Below are positions 12,230-26,039 of a stretch of 64,000 bases of DNA, piece by piece. The notes below the pieces were generated by a model. It had not been told where the DNA came from and did no database searches. It saw only the letters and a list, made by a program, of their open reading frames with translations. Position numbers and translations under genes: made by a program. Source of the DNA: Rhina ancylostomus (taxonomy: Eukaryota); assembly GCA_030265395.1 (NCBI GenBank), contig JARFYF010000053.1, forward strand, positions 16,081,194-16,145,193, given 5' to 3'. How positions within the stretch are numbered: position 1 is the first letter of the stretch; the number at the start of each line of letters is the position of its first letter.

Positions 12230-13520
12230 GCAGAGGGCAGAAGACAGAGGATGTGGTTGATGGGACATTCTAGCTGGAGGTCTGTGGCTAGTGGTGTTCC
12301 TTGGGGATCTGTACTGGGACCTCTGCTGCTTGTGATGCAAATAAATGACCTGGATGAAAATGTACATGGGTGGCTTAGTAAGTTGCAGATGATATGAAGA
12401 TTGGTGGTGTTGTAGATAGCATAGAAGACTGGCAAAGGATACAATGGGATATCAATCAGATGCAGATATGGGCAGAGAAATGGCAGATGGAGTTCAACCG
12501 GCCAAATTGGAAGTGTTGCACCTTGGGAGATCAAATGTAAAGAGACAGTACACTGTTAATGGCAAGACCCTTAACAGTGTTGATGANNNNNNNNNNNNNN
12601 NNNNNNNNNNNNNNNNNNNNNNNNNNNNNNNNNNNNNNNNNNNNNNNNNNNNNNNNNNNNNNNNNNNNNNNNNNNNNNNNNNNNNNNNNNNNNNNNNNNN
12701 NNNNNNNNNNNNNNNNNNNNNNNNNNNNNNNNNNNNNNNNNNNNNNNNNNNNNNNNNNNNNNNNNNNNNNNNNNNNNNNNNNNNNNNNNNNNNNNNNNNN
12801 NNNNNNNNNNNNNNNNNNNNNNNNNNNNNNNNNNNNNNNNNNNNNNNNNNNNNNNNNNNNNNNNNNNNNNNNNNNNNNNNNNNNNNNNNNNNNNNNNNNN
12901 NNNNNNNNNNNNNNNNNNNNNNNNNNNNNNNNNNNNNNNNNNNNNNNNNNNNNNNNNNNNNNNNNNNNNCATGGCATGCTTGCCTTCATTAGTTGAGGCA
13001 GGGACTTCGTAAGGAAGTTATGCTGCAGCTTTATAAAGCTTTAGTTCAGCTGCATCTGGAATATTGCATTCAGTTCTGGTTGCCCCATTATAGGAAGGAT
13101 GTTGAGACTTTGGAGAGGGTGCAGAAGAGGTTTACCATTCATGTGCCTATCTAAGAACTTCTTGAATTAAAGTGCATGTGCTATGAAGAGAGGTTGGACA
13201 AACTTGGGTTGTTTTTTTTCTGGAGCGGCGGAGGCTGAGGGGAGATCTGATAGAGGTTTATAAGATTTCGAGAGGCATAGAGTAGATGGACAGTATCTTT
13301 TCCTCAGAGTTGAAATGTCTAATACCAGAGGGCATACATTTAAGGTGAGAGGTAAGTTCAAAGAAGATGTACGGGGCAAGTTTTTTACACAGAGTGGTGG
13401 GTGCCTGGAATGCGCTGCCTGGGGTGGTAGTGGAGGCAAATACGTAGGGGTGTTCAAAAAGCACTGAGATTGGCACATGAATGCGATGGAAATGGTAGGA
13501 TATGGACTATAAAAGCAAAG
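12230..13520 (+). mobile_element. CR1 LINE, RT to 3' end, with an assembly gap
   Basis: Translates [28 protein letters not shown] (CR1 RT motif SGVPQGSVLGP), followed by the typical CR1 3' region. Confidence 0.9.
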
Positions 13521-13699
13521 AAATTGTATAAGAGCACTTTGTAGATCAATCCTAGTATTATTGGCAATTAAAGAACACCCCATTTTAAGAGTGTCTAGGG
13601 AAGCGTTATTGGGTTATAACTGGGGATGCAGGACTTGAGATATCAGGACAGATCGGAAAGTGTTATCACTGTTCTTGGATGAGAAAAAGTGACTTAAAT

Positions 13700-14190
13700 C
13701 ATGTTTAAAATCCCCAGATTGATTCCTGGGATGGCAGATTTGTGATATGAGGACAGATTAAGCAAACTAGGCCTATGCTCTCCTGTGTTTAGAAGAATGA
13801 GGGGTGAACTCATTGAAACACAAAATTCTTGACAGGGGAATTGATATTTCCTCTGACTGGGGAAACCAGGGATCATGGTCTCATTTAGAACCAGGAATCA
13901 TGGTCTTAAAATAAAAAGTTGTCAATTGAGGACAGAGATGAGAAGAAATGTCTTGACTGAGAGGGCCGTGAATCTTTTGAATTCTCTAACTGAGAGGGTT
14001 ATGGAAACTTACTGAGTGTATTCAATGCAAAGATCAATAAATTTTTAAATATTAAGGGAACCAAGAAATATAGGGTTAGTGTAGAAAAGTGGCACTGAGG
14101 TAAAAGATCACAGACAATCTTATTGGATAGTGGATCAGGTACAAGGAGTATATTGGCCGATTCCTTTTCTTTTGTCCTCATGTTCTAATG
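13700..14190 (+). mobile_element. CR1 LINE 3' fragment
   Basis: gattcctgggatgg...gagatgagaagaaatg...gatcaataaatttttaaatattaagggaa CR1 3' motifs. Confidence 0.7.
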
Positions 14191-15269
14191 TTGTCTTGCT
14201 GATGAGAAATTTTATTATAATCAGTAGATAAAACCTTTCCATTTAGCAAGTTAACAGAGTTCATAATCACTTTCAAAAGACAGTAAACATGGAGAAATGT
14301 TTTCACTTAGATTATCAGGATTTCAAGTCTTCCATCGGGAAAGATGGTGAGAGTTAACCCCTTGAATAAATTTAAAGGGAGTTGCTCAGATTGAGGAATT
14401 TACAGGACAATAAACCAGGCTGGGACAACGTGGGATTGTTCTTTCACATAGACAGATTAGGGTATTTTTGGGGCCTGGACAAACAGAAAATTGGAGGCCC
14501 TCCAGATTTTATTATAAACATGAATGAAAAAAGCATTAATACAAAGAGCCATTAAATGTTTTCCATACTGCATTAATAAATAAAGCACAGCAAAGAACCA
14601 CAAGAAAAATGTGGGCTGTACTGACTGCCATAAGCACAAGACTAAAAATACTGTAACATTCGATATTTACCAGAGCATGAATACTGATCTGTCAGTATTC
14701 ATGCTTATCACCTGATCTGTCTTAACCTGTCTCCATATTGTCTTTTCTCTTGTGCCTCACTTTGCCCCCAGCTATGCTTTGAAAACTGTAAATCTTCCAC
14801 TCTTCTGAGTTCTGAGGAAGAATGGCTGAGCCAAAGCAACAACTGGTTTCTCTTTCCGCAGATGCCACTTGATTGGATGAGCTCTTCCAGCCTTTCTCTT
14901 CTTGTTTCAGATTCCAGCATCTGCATTTTAATTTGTTTTTCAGCCTGAAAAATATTGGTGATTCCTGCAAATAAAATAAAAAAACAGTAGGCTAATGCAA
15001 TTATGGACACCCCTGGATAGGAAAGGTTTAGAGGGATATGGGCCAAATGCAGGCAAATAGGACTAGCTTAGATGGGAATCTTGGTCAGTATGGACCAGTT
15101 GGGCTGAAAGACCCATTTCTGTGCTGTATGACTTGATAACTCTAACTCTAAGACAGGATATCTCAATATTTTATACATTCATTCTTGAAATATCAAATGC
15201 CTGCTATGCTTTTTATATTGTAAATTTCCTCCATATATCTATTGCACCAGTGCTTCAATGCTACACCAT

Positions 15270-16590
15270 TTTTTAAATGGTGAGTGATAAGTTTTGAAGT
15301 TCAAAGGGATCTGGGTCTTTGTATACATGTCTCTGAAATTTAACATACAGGTATAGCAGGTAATTAGGAAAGCAAATGGTATGTTTGCCTTCATTGTTAG
15401 AAGGTTTGAATATGAAAGTTAAGTACAACAATTAAATAAGCCTTTGGTAAGACTACAGCAAGTATTGTGTACAATTTTGATCTCTTCAGCTATTTATTAT
15501 TGAGGGAGTTCAGCAAAGATGCATCAGACTGATTCCTGGGATGCAAGTCTGTCATATGAGAAGTGATTGAGGAGGCTAGTCTTCATTTCTTTTGAGCTTA
15601 GAAGAATAAAGCTATAAAATTCTTGGAGCACTTGATGAGAGGGGGCCCTCACAGTCAGATCCTTCCTGTACAGATGACATATCATCCCAATGCATACTGC
15701 CCTCTGGACAGCTGCGGTGGGGAAGTGACAGTCATCCACCTCTTTGTAGACTGTGAATTTTCTAAGAGGGTGTGGAAAAGGATGCAAGGGTCCTTGTCTC
15801 GGACTCTCTGATCTACAGGCTGTTTCCAGGGACACACACCGAGACAGACATCAAGTGCTGCTGGAAGGTCATCAACTCAGCAAAAGACACCCAAAACTTG
15901 GTCTTCCAGCACAGTGAGATGTCCGTATGGGAATGCTGCCGACTGGCACATTCCAGGCTGCAGGAGTACGTGCTGAGGGATGCACTGAAGTTTGGCGCAG
16001 CCAATGCGAAAGCTCTGTGGGGAAGGACCACAGTCCAGGCTCCTTCCGCTACCATACATGGAGGGGCTGAGTCGGGTGGGAAACCCCTCAAGCAATGAAA
16101 GCGTGTATCACCCCAGGGGGCCACATGAGTGGTAATGGTTTTATGGTTTTTAAAAAAAATGTTAACACTATTGAATGTAATGACCATGAATGTAAGAGTT
16201 TTATACTGTTCTTTTATATATTTTTTATTATGAATAAAGATTATCTTTGAAATAAAAAAAACTGTGAGAAAGTTTCCTGTATATGAGAGGTCTCAAATTA
16301 GAGGCCACTCAAAATCAGGGATAGGTTATTTAGGACTGAGGTGAGGAGAAATTACTTCACTTAAAAGCCAGTGAATCTTTGCATTTCTCTATCCCAGAGA
16401 GCTACAGAGGCTCATACTGACTTCATTCAAAACTGAGATGCATAGATTTTTAAATATTAAAGGAATCAAGGGACATCGGGATAGAGCAGAAAAGTGGTGT
16501 TGAGGTAACAGAGCAGCCATGACCTTGGTGTATAGTAGAGCCGGCACAAGGGGCTGAATGGTCCACTCAGGCTCTGACACCTGACGTTTT
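15270..16590 (+). mobile_element. Old CR1 LINE interrupted by the Tx1-like insertion
   Basis: CR1 motifs at 15270-15620 continue at 16262-16590. Confidence 0.65.
15622..16261 (+). mobile_element. 5'-truncated L1/Tx1-clade LINE 3' end
   Basis: Frameshifted ORF2 C-terminus with zf-RVT-like CPLDSCGGEVTVIHLFVDC..KRVW and CCRLAHSRLQEYVLRD. Ends in AATAAA and an A-run at ~16260. Confidence 0.8.
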
Positions 16591-16731
16591 TATCACATAA
16601 TGACATAACTAAAATGTGAAAAAATATAAACATATAACATCTCATGAAAATATATGTTTTGTCTTTTAAATGATTGGCTTCTTTCGGGCTTTGAGAGGAC
16701 AAGTATCATGTACAATGTCATTATAATCAAT

Positions 16732-17085
16732 TTATTGCATCAGTTCCAATTCAACTGTCATCAGAGACAACACAATCAGGCACCTCTGATGCATTTTAGA
16801 TCTCAGTTTAGCTCTTCTCCTTTGTATTGTTAAAAATGTATGTCTTCCTTCACAGTTTGTGACTGGCAGGGTCAGGAAAGGTCTAAGAATGATGTGCACA
16901 TTAGGGAATGTTGACTGAAAGCCATTTTGTTTTAAAACTTGCAGCAATTTTGAAGCAAATTTGTCTGGCTTATCCTGTGCAAAGTATTTGAATTAGCTGA
17001 GTTCACCAGGAAAGTTCTATTCCAAAATCATTGGGCTAAACTGCAGCAAGTTCAGTGAAATGTTTCCAATTGTGATGTTCAACAA
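16732..17085 (-). mobile_element. hAT DNA-transposase relic (hATC dimerisation domain)
   Basis: STFPNVHIILRPFLTLPVTNCEGRHTF...LRSKMHQRCL..LSLM matches the hATC pattern FPN..LR..LTLPVT.C..ERSFS.L...LRS.M.Q.RL. Confidence 0.8.
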
Positions 17086-17099
17086 CTTACTAAAGGGAT

Positions 17100-17930
17100 A
17101 CTTTACATTTTTCTTTACTGAGGGACAGGGTGTTTCCAAAGTAATAGTGACAGAGGAGATAGTTGAGACACTAGATATGTTAGAACCTTGGAGGTATTAG
17201 AACTTAAAGTAGGTAAGTCCCAAGTATTAGTGGGATTTATCCTAGGATTTTGAGAGAACTTTGGGAAGAACTAGGAGCACTGACCATGATCTTTCAATTC
17301 TCATTGGATATGAGGGGGTGGTGCAGTAGACTGGAGAGTGGTGAATGTTACTCCCTGGTGTGTAAAAGGGAACAAGGATAAGACCATCAATTACCAGCCA
17401 GTACCTTGACCTCGGTGGTGGGAAAGCTTTTAGAAACAATGATCCTTGATAGGAAAATGGATTAATTAAGGCAAGCTGGCACATGAGGTAAAGGGGAGAT
17501 CATGATTAACCATCTTTTTGATGAGGCAACAGATAGATTTGATGAGGATAATGCCGTTGATACAGTGTACAGTGATTTTTCGGAATGCTATCAGGTAAAG
17601 TGCTATATGACAGACAAATCAGCAAAGTTGAAGGATGTGGCATGAAAGGGTCATGGATGTGAAGTTGGCTAAGTAATTGATAACAGTGTCATGGTGAATG
17701 GTTGTTTGTCAGACTGGAGGAAAGTGAAGAGTGAGATTTCACAGGAATCTGTGTTTGGGTCATTGCATTTTTTTAAATCTCTNNNNNGGGGGGGGGGGGG
17801 GGGGGTGAGGGTCAGGGTGGTGCAAGCCACAATTTCTAATTTGGCAGATGATGTTGGCTGTATCACCAGCTATGAAGAGGAAGGTCATAATTGAAGCATG
17901 GTATAAATGGGATGGTCGAATAGGCAGACT
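17100..17930 (+). mobile_element. Decayed CR1 LINE, RT region
   Basis: WRVVNVTP, NYQPV.L, SDWRKVKSEISQESVFGSL-like remnants. Confidence 0.7.
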
Positions 17931-18329
17931 CAACCCAGCATAATCAACCATGCGGAACAGTAGTGTGGGGTGGGTTAGAGTGTGTGTGTGGGCACAGTAG
18001 GATTCCACGGAAGTACATGTAAGACAGTAACATTCTGCCTACCTAATCTATGCTAGTAGTCAAGCCTCTTTCTTATCTACTGCTATGGAAGTAATTATCT
18101 TTCCTTCTCCCTTGATACAAAGTTAGCATCCCTCTTCTCTTATTTTCAGTTCCACCGCCCCAGACATAAACCATGGTGCTTGGCTTGCTCTTTTATGAGA
18201 TATTCATTTGAACTGTCACTGTTAGTGATTTGTGTATTTGTAATCTGAGATTCCTTTATTTTTCTAATCTATTTCAAATATTATTTCCCAAATACTGTAC
18301 AACCACTTCAGTTTTTTTAATGCCAAAAT

Positions 18330-19110
18330 TGCATACTCAGAGCTGTACAGCACAGAAACAGACCCTTCATCCTGACTCTCCTATCCATGCTAATCCCATT
18401 TTCCTGCATCTGGCTCATATCCCTCTATTCTGTTCCTGTCCATGTATCTGTCCAAATGCTTTTTAAACCCTCTGTACCTGACTCTGCCACCTCCTCTGGC
18501 AGCTTGTTCCATATACTCATACCTCCCTCTATGTGGGAAAAACTTGCCCCTCAGATTTCTTTTCTCACCTTAAATCTGTGCCCCTGGTTGTAGACTCCCT
18601 TACTTTTGAAAAAAACACTGTGACTATCTATCCTATCTATGCCCCACATAATTTTATAAACTCCATAAGGTCACCCCTCAGTCTCCTGCACTCAGGTGGG
18701 GACAATCCCAGCCTATCCAATCTCTCCTTGTAACTGAAGCCCTTCATTCCAGACGACATCCTGATGAGTCTCTTCGGCACTCTTTCCAAATGCTACCACG
18801 TCCTTTCTGTAGTGTGGTCACCAGAACTGCAGAGAATATTCCAAATGTGGCCTAACCAATGTCTTGTACAGCTGCAACATGGTGTCCCAATATTTATACT
18901 CAATTATCCTGCCTATGAAGGCAACTAAGCTACACATCTTTTTCACTGCCCTATCCAGCTATGTCACCATTTTCAGGGAGCTATGTACATGCATCCCAAG
19001 GTCCCTCTGTACATCAATGCTTCCAAGGTCCCTGCCACTTACTGTATATGTCCTACCAATATTAGACAAACCAAAATGCATTATCTCACACTTATCTGGA
19101 TTAAATTCTA
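18330..19110 (-). mobile_element. CR1 LINE 3' part
   Basis: Reverse-strand CR1 tail (cagcacagaaacagacccttc) and body (aggtcacccctcagtctcct, cagcctatccaatctctcc). Confidence 0.85.
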
Positions 19111-20059
19111 TGTTGTATTCAAACTGTACTCCAAAGTGAGCTTTATGTAGGATCCAGGTAGGATTGAAGACAAACTAATAACAGGCCAGTAAAGAATAAA
19201 AAGCTTCAATTGGTCATTTTGATCTTATCCCAAAATTGTCCCATAATAGTTTCCAATTGTCTCATCTTGCTTTGAAGGGTAACTGCGTCCAGTCAAGTGT
19301 CATGATTCTTTTTTTTTGACAGGTTTTCAGGAGCTTGCTGATTTGTAGCTCTGACATGGGGCATTCTTGGAATGTGTGAGACTGCTCCTTCTTGTATCTG
19401 ACGTACCTTGAGTGCACAGTCTTTATGAAAAACCTATTTTCAGTGATATATGGGTGCTGTGAAGGAAGCATATAGCAGGTGTATTAATCAGAAAAATTTA
19501 AGCATAAAAAGTAAAGTAAAAAAGATGAACTGTTATTAATACCATTGACTCCCAATAAATTTAAAGATAGGACAGCATAGATAACGTGAGTAATTAGTAG
19601 GTTTGGGTGCTCCAGACATCCCTACAGATGTCCCCATTTATTGCCAGCATTGTCTACGGCAAGTACAAGTGTCCTAATCTAAGTGTACCAGCAAGGCATG
19701 CATCTGTGGGATTCTCAATGGTTCAAATCCAACGAATCAATCTTCACTATCCCCCGATGAATTAACATTTGTGAATTTAAAAGGCAACTCACCAACAGCT
19801 ATTAAATCTGTTGCTGAATCCACAATCATATTCTCACAATTCTTTACAACATAAAAGGAGGCATTTGGCACATTGAATCTATGCTGGCTCTCTGATTGAT
19901 CCCATAAATCTAATTTCTTCTAACTTATTCTTTCACACGTGCCCAGTGACATTCCCCCCTTCCAGTTTTCCTATCACTCCCCCAAGATGTAATTTACAGA
20001 GCCTAATTCACCTACCTACAAGCACCTCATGAGCATTTGTTTCCCACATGGCTTGGAAA

Positions 20060-20870
20060 TGGGGCTTCAAATTGCCGTGTTGAGGATGATGATATGGAAA
20101 ACAAAATATCCAAGTTTATTGACCCATGTAAAAGTAGTCAGTATTTTAAGTGCTGTAGATGGTAGTAAGATTTGAAAGATATATTAATAGATTAAGTCAG
20201 GCAAAACTGTGATAAATGGTTTTAATGTAGGTTAATCTAAGGTCATCTACTTCAGATAAAAGTGGAACATAACTGAATGTAGTCTAAATAGTGAAAGAAT
20301 AGACCCTTTTGAGAATCATTATAAACAAAAAAGTTAATGAAATGCTTACCTATTATTAAGAGAACTAGAAAACAATGAGGTGGAAGCCACACTTAAGCTA
20401 TTACAAAGCCTGGTTAAATCACAACTATGAATGGCAGTTTTAGGCATCACACTTGGTAAGGATTTATTAGACCTTAAAGTGAGTGTTTAACAAGAGGTTT
20501 ATCTAAGTTGTGAGGAGAGATTACAGAAACTATGGTTACATTTCCCAGAATTTAGAACATAAAGCCATTGAAGTTTTAAGATAATAAGGTAATCCAAAAG
20601 AGCAGATAGAGAGAAGCCGTTTCTGCTGGTTAGGGAGTTCAGATCTAGGGGCATACTCTACAAATCGGGGCTTTGGCTTTGAGGAGTGAAGTTCTGGTAG
20701 AAGTTTGGAACACATTTATGGAAATAATATTTTGTGAATTTTAAATCTCTGATTAATTTTTGTTGATCAGAAGTATCAATGGATATGGAGAAAAAACTGA
20801 TCAATGGTCATTTATCAACAACGAATAGGCTCAAGGGGTGAAATTCCCTATTCCCCCTGTCAGAATTATG
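20060..20870 (+). mobile_element. Highly decayed CR1 LINE
   Basis: Degenerate RT-to-3' motifs (atccaagtttattgac, aagcctggttaaatcacaact, gggagttcagatctaggggcata). Confidence 0.6.
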
Positions 20871-23169
20871 TATCTTTTCCAAATCCCAATCTCAGATCAC
20901 ATTTGTTTCCTGGATCTTGCAGCTGGGATTAATTATCCAGCAAATAACTTGATAATCAGGATCACACCAGATGTTCCAATGGTATTGCGCCAGCGGTTTG
21001 GTTGTTGCATCCTCATGTGTAAATATATTGTCACATCTTTCAGCACCGTAGCAACACTGCTGTGGTGATGGATAATCCCATTAGATAGAAGCCTAGATCA
21101 ACTCTACTGAGCTTTCCTGTGAATTGAATTGGTAAAGAATTCTACTGAGGATAATAAAGAATGAAGTTGCATTTATATATAAAACATGTCACATCCTCAG
21201 CATGTCCCAAAGAGGTTTATAAATAATTAGGGTTTTTTTTCAGGTGCAGTCACTTTTGTTATGCAAACACACAATTCATTCTAAACAAGATGACACAAAC
21301 ACCAATTAAAATGGAATACTCCATTTGGTGTAGTTCAGTCTGAGTGGATTTGTTGCCTGAACACCATGTGCCTAGAAATTCATCCCGAGTTAAATAGGTT
21401 ATAGAGATGCAACTGTATGTTGTACTCCACTTTAAAAAAATTCAGTTCTGTTGACCTTAAATCTATGATTGATTTTTGCTTTACCAGAGATATTAATGAA
21501 ATGGCAATTTATCAGCTATGATTCCATGGAAGAATGGAGTAGGCTCAAGAGACTAAGTGACACACTTTGTTCCAATGTTCATTGTTGGTTAGGATTTTTG
21601 TGTTTGTGTTTGTGTGTGCTGTCCAATTGCTACCATATACAGATATTCCTGGATTTGTAAAGAGATTGCATTTCTGGAAATTTTTTAAAGGGAAATATTG
21701 TAAATTGAAAAGATGTAGTTTATTCCAATAGACAGAAAGTGGTGTGCTATTCATTGTTACAGAAAATAGATTTGTAAATTGAAGACAAGTATCCTTAAGA
21801 GTCAATGGTGTAATACTGAAAAGTCATAAATAAAACACTTGTAAATCAACAAATATGTGTAGAGCATTTAACACTACTTACCAGGGGCTGAATTTTTAGG
21901 TAAAGGAGGTCAACTTGTTTAGTACCTGGACTGGACAGGACTCAATCAGTATAAAATGAATAATGTCTCCAGGATGAAACATAAACTCTAGACTCACAGA
22001 AAGAGGGCTACTGACTGAGTTCCAGTGAGGCAACATGACATGAGACTCTCTGAGCAGTGGCGAAAATGACAGCACTTACATTTTTATAGCATCCTTTTGC
22101 AATCTCAGGATATCTTAAAGTGGTTTGCAGCTACTTAAGTACTTTGTGGTAATGTAGGAAATGTGCACTTGAATTGTACACAGCAATCTTCTATAGAGCA
22201 ATTTGATAATGACAGATAATCTCCTTTCACCAATGTTGCTGGATAAATACAGTATTTATTGACAACACAACATCATACAAGGTAATGGAGGTTAAGAGTA
22301 TGACTCATAGCAAACAGTCAATTGTAATCAAACAAAGGCAATTAACTCAGAAAACTATGCCTATTTAAAGTCCAGAGGAGATAGAAACTACAGCAACTTC
22401 TCCTGAATAAAGAATAACTTCTCCAGGAAAAAATCAGCAGTTTACATACAAATCATGTTCTTAAACTTAATCATGTAAAGGACTGAGGACACAACCTGAT
22501 GGACAGGAAATTACTCAATCACAAAATGCAAATACTGGAAATCTAAAAAAACAGAAAATGGTGGAAGTAGCCCCAGCAAGTTGGGGAGAAAGTGAAGAGA
22601 ATGATAGTTTGAGCAATTTCACAGCATTCTTCACAATCTTAAAATATCCTAAAGTAGTTTACAAAATGCCAGTTCTGGCAAAAGGTCATAGACTTGAAAT
22701 TGTTAATTCTACTTCTCTCTCCACAGATGCTTCTTGACATGCATCTTCTACTTTTTATTGTGAATTAGCCAATGATCCATTTTGGCTAGCCATTGTATAT
22801 TCACTAAATGGAGCTGTTATATATGGGCAGGGTACTGCAAATAATGCAAATGATTTTCTTCCAAGTTATGCCATGGGGCCTTTTATGTATACCTGAGAGA
22901 AGAGACAAGATCTCCTCGTTCAAAAACAAAAACAAAACCCAAACTGTTCCTCCAGCAGTTTGTTTTTTTTTTGCTTCAGATTCCATCATCAGCAGTTTCT
23001 TGTGTCTTCTCATTCAAAAGATGACTTTTCTGCCACTGCCTAAATTTTGTGCTTAACTGAAAATAGGAAGTTCACCCATAGCCATCAATACAAAGCTAAG
23101 GGTGCTACCCTCACTTATAGTTGAAGCACAAAGGACTTAAATGTTTTAATTCACCAGTTGATTGCACCT

Positions 23170-25300
23170 TGGTCATAGAGCAGTACGGCATGAATACAGG
23201 CCCTTCAGCCCAACCAGTCCATTGCCAACTTTGGTGCCCACCCACCTAGTCCCAATTTCCTGCGTTCAGCCCATATCCCTTTAAGCCCTACCCCTGCATG
23301 TACTATCTACGTGCTTCTTAAATTGTGCTATTGTACTTGCCTCAACCACATCCTCTGGCAGCTTGTTCCATATACTCACCACCCACTGTGTGAAAACATT
23401 GTCCCTCAGGTCACTTTTAAATCTTTCCTCTCTCTCCCTAAATCTATGCCTTTAGATTTGAACTCTCCTACCCTGTGGAAAAGACTGCTACCATCCACCT
23501 TATCTATACTCCATGATTTTGTAAACCTCTATAAGATCACCCCACATTCTCCTACACTCTAAGAAATAAAGATCCAGCCCGGCCTACCTCTCCCTATAAC
23601 TCAAGCCCTGTAGTCTTGACAACATCCTTGTAAACTTTTTCTGCACAGTTTCCAGTTTAACACGTCCTATTATTATAGACTGGGTTCATTGCCTAGTACC
23701 AAATCCAGAATGGCCTCTCCTCAAGTCATCCTGTCTACGTGTGTCAGGAATCCTTCCTGGACACACCTAACAAATTCCACCCTATCCAAACCTTTTGTGC
23801 CAAGGAGGTGCCAATCAATGGTGAGGGTCCTTAATGATGCATGAATATTAAATAATATAAAGAAGGATGGATATCAAATAATAGCAAATAATATGGAAGA
23901 TCAGATGGCTGAAGAGCTGTTGACAGATTTAGGCAATGCTTTCTCGAATTCACAGTAAAAAGGAGAAAAAAGTCAAACCAGCTGTGTGACCAAACCTGTA
24001 CACATTACTCCAAGTGCAGCCTCGCTAAGGACTTATACATCTGCCACGGAGTGTCTCAACTCCTATACTCAATGCCCTGAATGATGAAGGCCAGAGTGCT
24101 AAATGTCTTTTTCTGCACCCTGTCCACCTGTGATGCCACTTTCAACAAACTATGCACTTGTACTCCTAGGTCCCTCTGTTCTATTACACTCCCTCATGCC
24201 CTGCCATTCGTAGTATAAGTCCTACGATGATTTGACTTTCCAAAGTGCATCAAGTTCCACTTATCTNNNNNNNNNNNNNNNNNNNNNNNNNNNNNNNNNN
24301 NNNNNNNNNNNNNNNNNNNNNNNNNNNNNNNNNNNNNNNNNNNNNNNNNNNNNNNNNNNNNNNNNNNNNNNNNNNNNNNNNNNNNNNNNNNNNNNNNNNN
24401 NNNNNNNNNNNNNNNNNNNNNNNNNNNNNNNNNNNNNNNNNNNNNNNNNNNNNNNNNNNNNNNNNNNNNNNNNNNNNNNNNNNNNNNNNNNNNNNNNNNN
24501 NNNNNNNNNNNNNNNNNNNNNNNNNNNNNNNNNNNNNNNNNNNNNNNNNNNNNNNNNNNNNNNNNNNNNNNNNNNNNNNNNNNNNNNNNNNNNNNNNNNN
24601 NNNNNNNNNNNNNNNNNNNNNNNNNNNNNNNNNNNNNNNNNNNNNNNNNNNNNNNNNNNNNNNNNNNNNNNNNNNNNNNNNNNNNNNNNNNNNNNNNNNN
24701 NNNNNNNNNNNNNNNNNNNNNNNNNNNNNNNNNNNNNNNNNNNNNNNNNNNNNNNNNNNNNNNNNNNNNNNNNNNNNNNNNNNNNNNNNNNNNNNNNNNN
24801 NNNNNNNNNNNNNNNNNNNNNNNNNNNNNNNNNNNNNNNNNNNNNNNNNNNNNNNNNNNNNNNNNNNNNNNNNNNNNNNNNNNNNNNNNNNNNNNNNNNN
24901 NNNNNNNNNNNNNNNNNNNNNNNNNNNNNNNNNNNNNNNNNNNNNNNNNNNNNNNNNNNNNNNNNNNNNNNNNNNNNNNNNNNNNNNNNNNNNNNNNNNN
25001 NNNNNNNNNNNNNNNNNNNNNNNNNNNNNNNNNNNNNNNNNNNNNNNNNNNNNNNNNNNNNNNNNNNNNNNNNNNNNNNNNNNNNNNNNNNNNNNNNNNN
25101 NNNNNNNNNNNNNNGACTGACTGATCAAGCCTTGTGCATTCACATCCAAACCAATTTAGATAAATAATGAATAACAAGGGTCCCAACACTGACCGCTGTG
25201 GCACACCAGCCTCCATTCCTAAAAACAACCTTCAACCACCACCTCTGCTTCCTACCTCTGAGCTAATTTTGAATCCACCTAACTAGCTGTCCCTGGATTC
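23170..25300 (-). mobile_element. CR1 LINE with a foreign insert at ~23660-23985 and an assembly gap
   Basis: Minus-strand AGVPQRSVLGPLLFIIYLN at ~25150-25215. CR1 tail at 23170-23660. Confidence 0.85.
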
Positions 25301-25616
25301 AGTGACAGAGCAGGATGTATAATAACTTTTGGCTTAAAAAAAAGGTTGGGGACAGTAAGGGAAAGTGAAGGATAGGAGGGAATTTACACATGCCGACAGT
25401 CATTTTGTACTATGGTGTATTACTGATTCTTAAAGGGTATGTCTCCTTGAACTGACAAGGACAATGCTTTCTAAATCCAAGTCACAGCAATTTTTGTTCT
25501 TTTTACTATGAATTTGAGAAAGCATTGCCTGAATCAATGAACATCTCTTCAGCCATCTGATCTTCCATATTATTTGCTATTATTTAAAATCCATGCTTCT
25601 TTATAATATTTGATAT

Positions 25617-25925
25617 TCATCCATCGTTAAGAGCCCTCACCACCCAGGACATGCCCTCTTCTCATTACTACCATCAGGGTGGAGGTGCAGGAGCCTGAAG
25701 ACCCACACTCAATGTTTTAGGAACAGCTTCTTCCTCTCTGCCATCGGATTTCTGAATGGTTCATGAACCCATGAATTCCACCTCGTTATTCCTCTTTTGC
25801 ACTATTTTATGTCTTTATTTTTTTGGTAACTTATAGTAATTTTTATGTTTTGCGTTGTGCTGCTGCTGCTGCAAAACAACAAATTTCACAAGAAATGTCA
25901 GTCATAATAAACCTGATTCTGATTT
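25617..25925 (+). mobile_element. Rex/Babar-type LINE 3' end
   Basis: caccacccaggacatgccctcttctc...ggagcctgaagaccc...ataataaacctgattctgat. Same family as 33200-33515. Confidence 0.75.
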
Positions 25926-26039
25926 TCAGGACTGTATCCTCCATCTAATTCTGCACTCTTGTTTGGTACAAGGATGTTCCCCATCCAATACAAACAAGTG
26001 CCTAAATTACAGTGAGTGTTAGCTGGATAGGGAGTAATA

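Noticed and set aside
21039-21060. TTCAGCACC, a REST/RE1 left half-site (also ~33923)
   Set aside because: The right half GGACAG is absent at canonical spacing.
24194-25228. Long ORFs made mostly of X (also near 12.5, 32.6, 39.7, 50 and 57.3 kb)
   Set aside because: Artefacts of N runs inside LINE copies.
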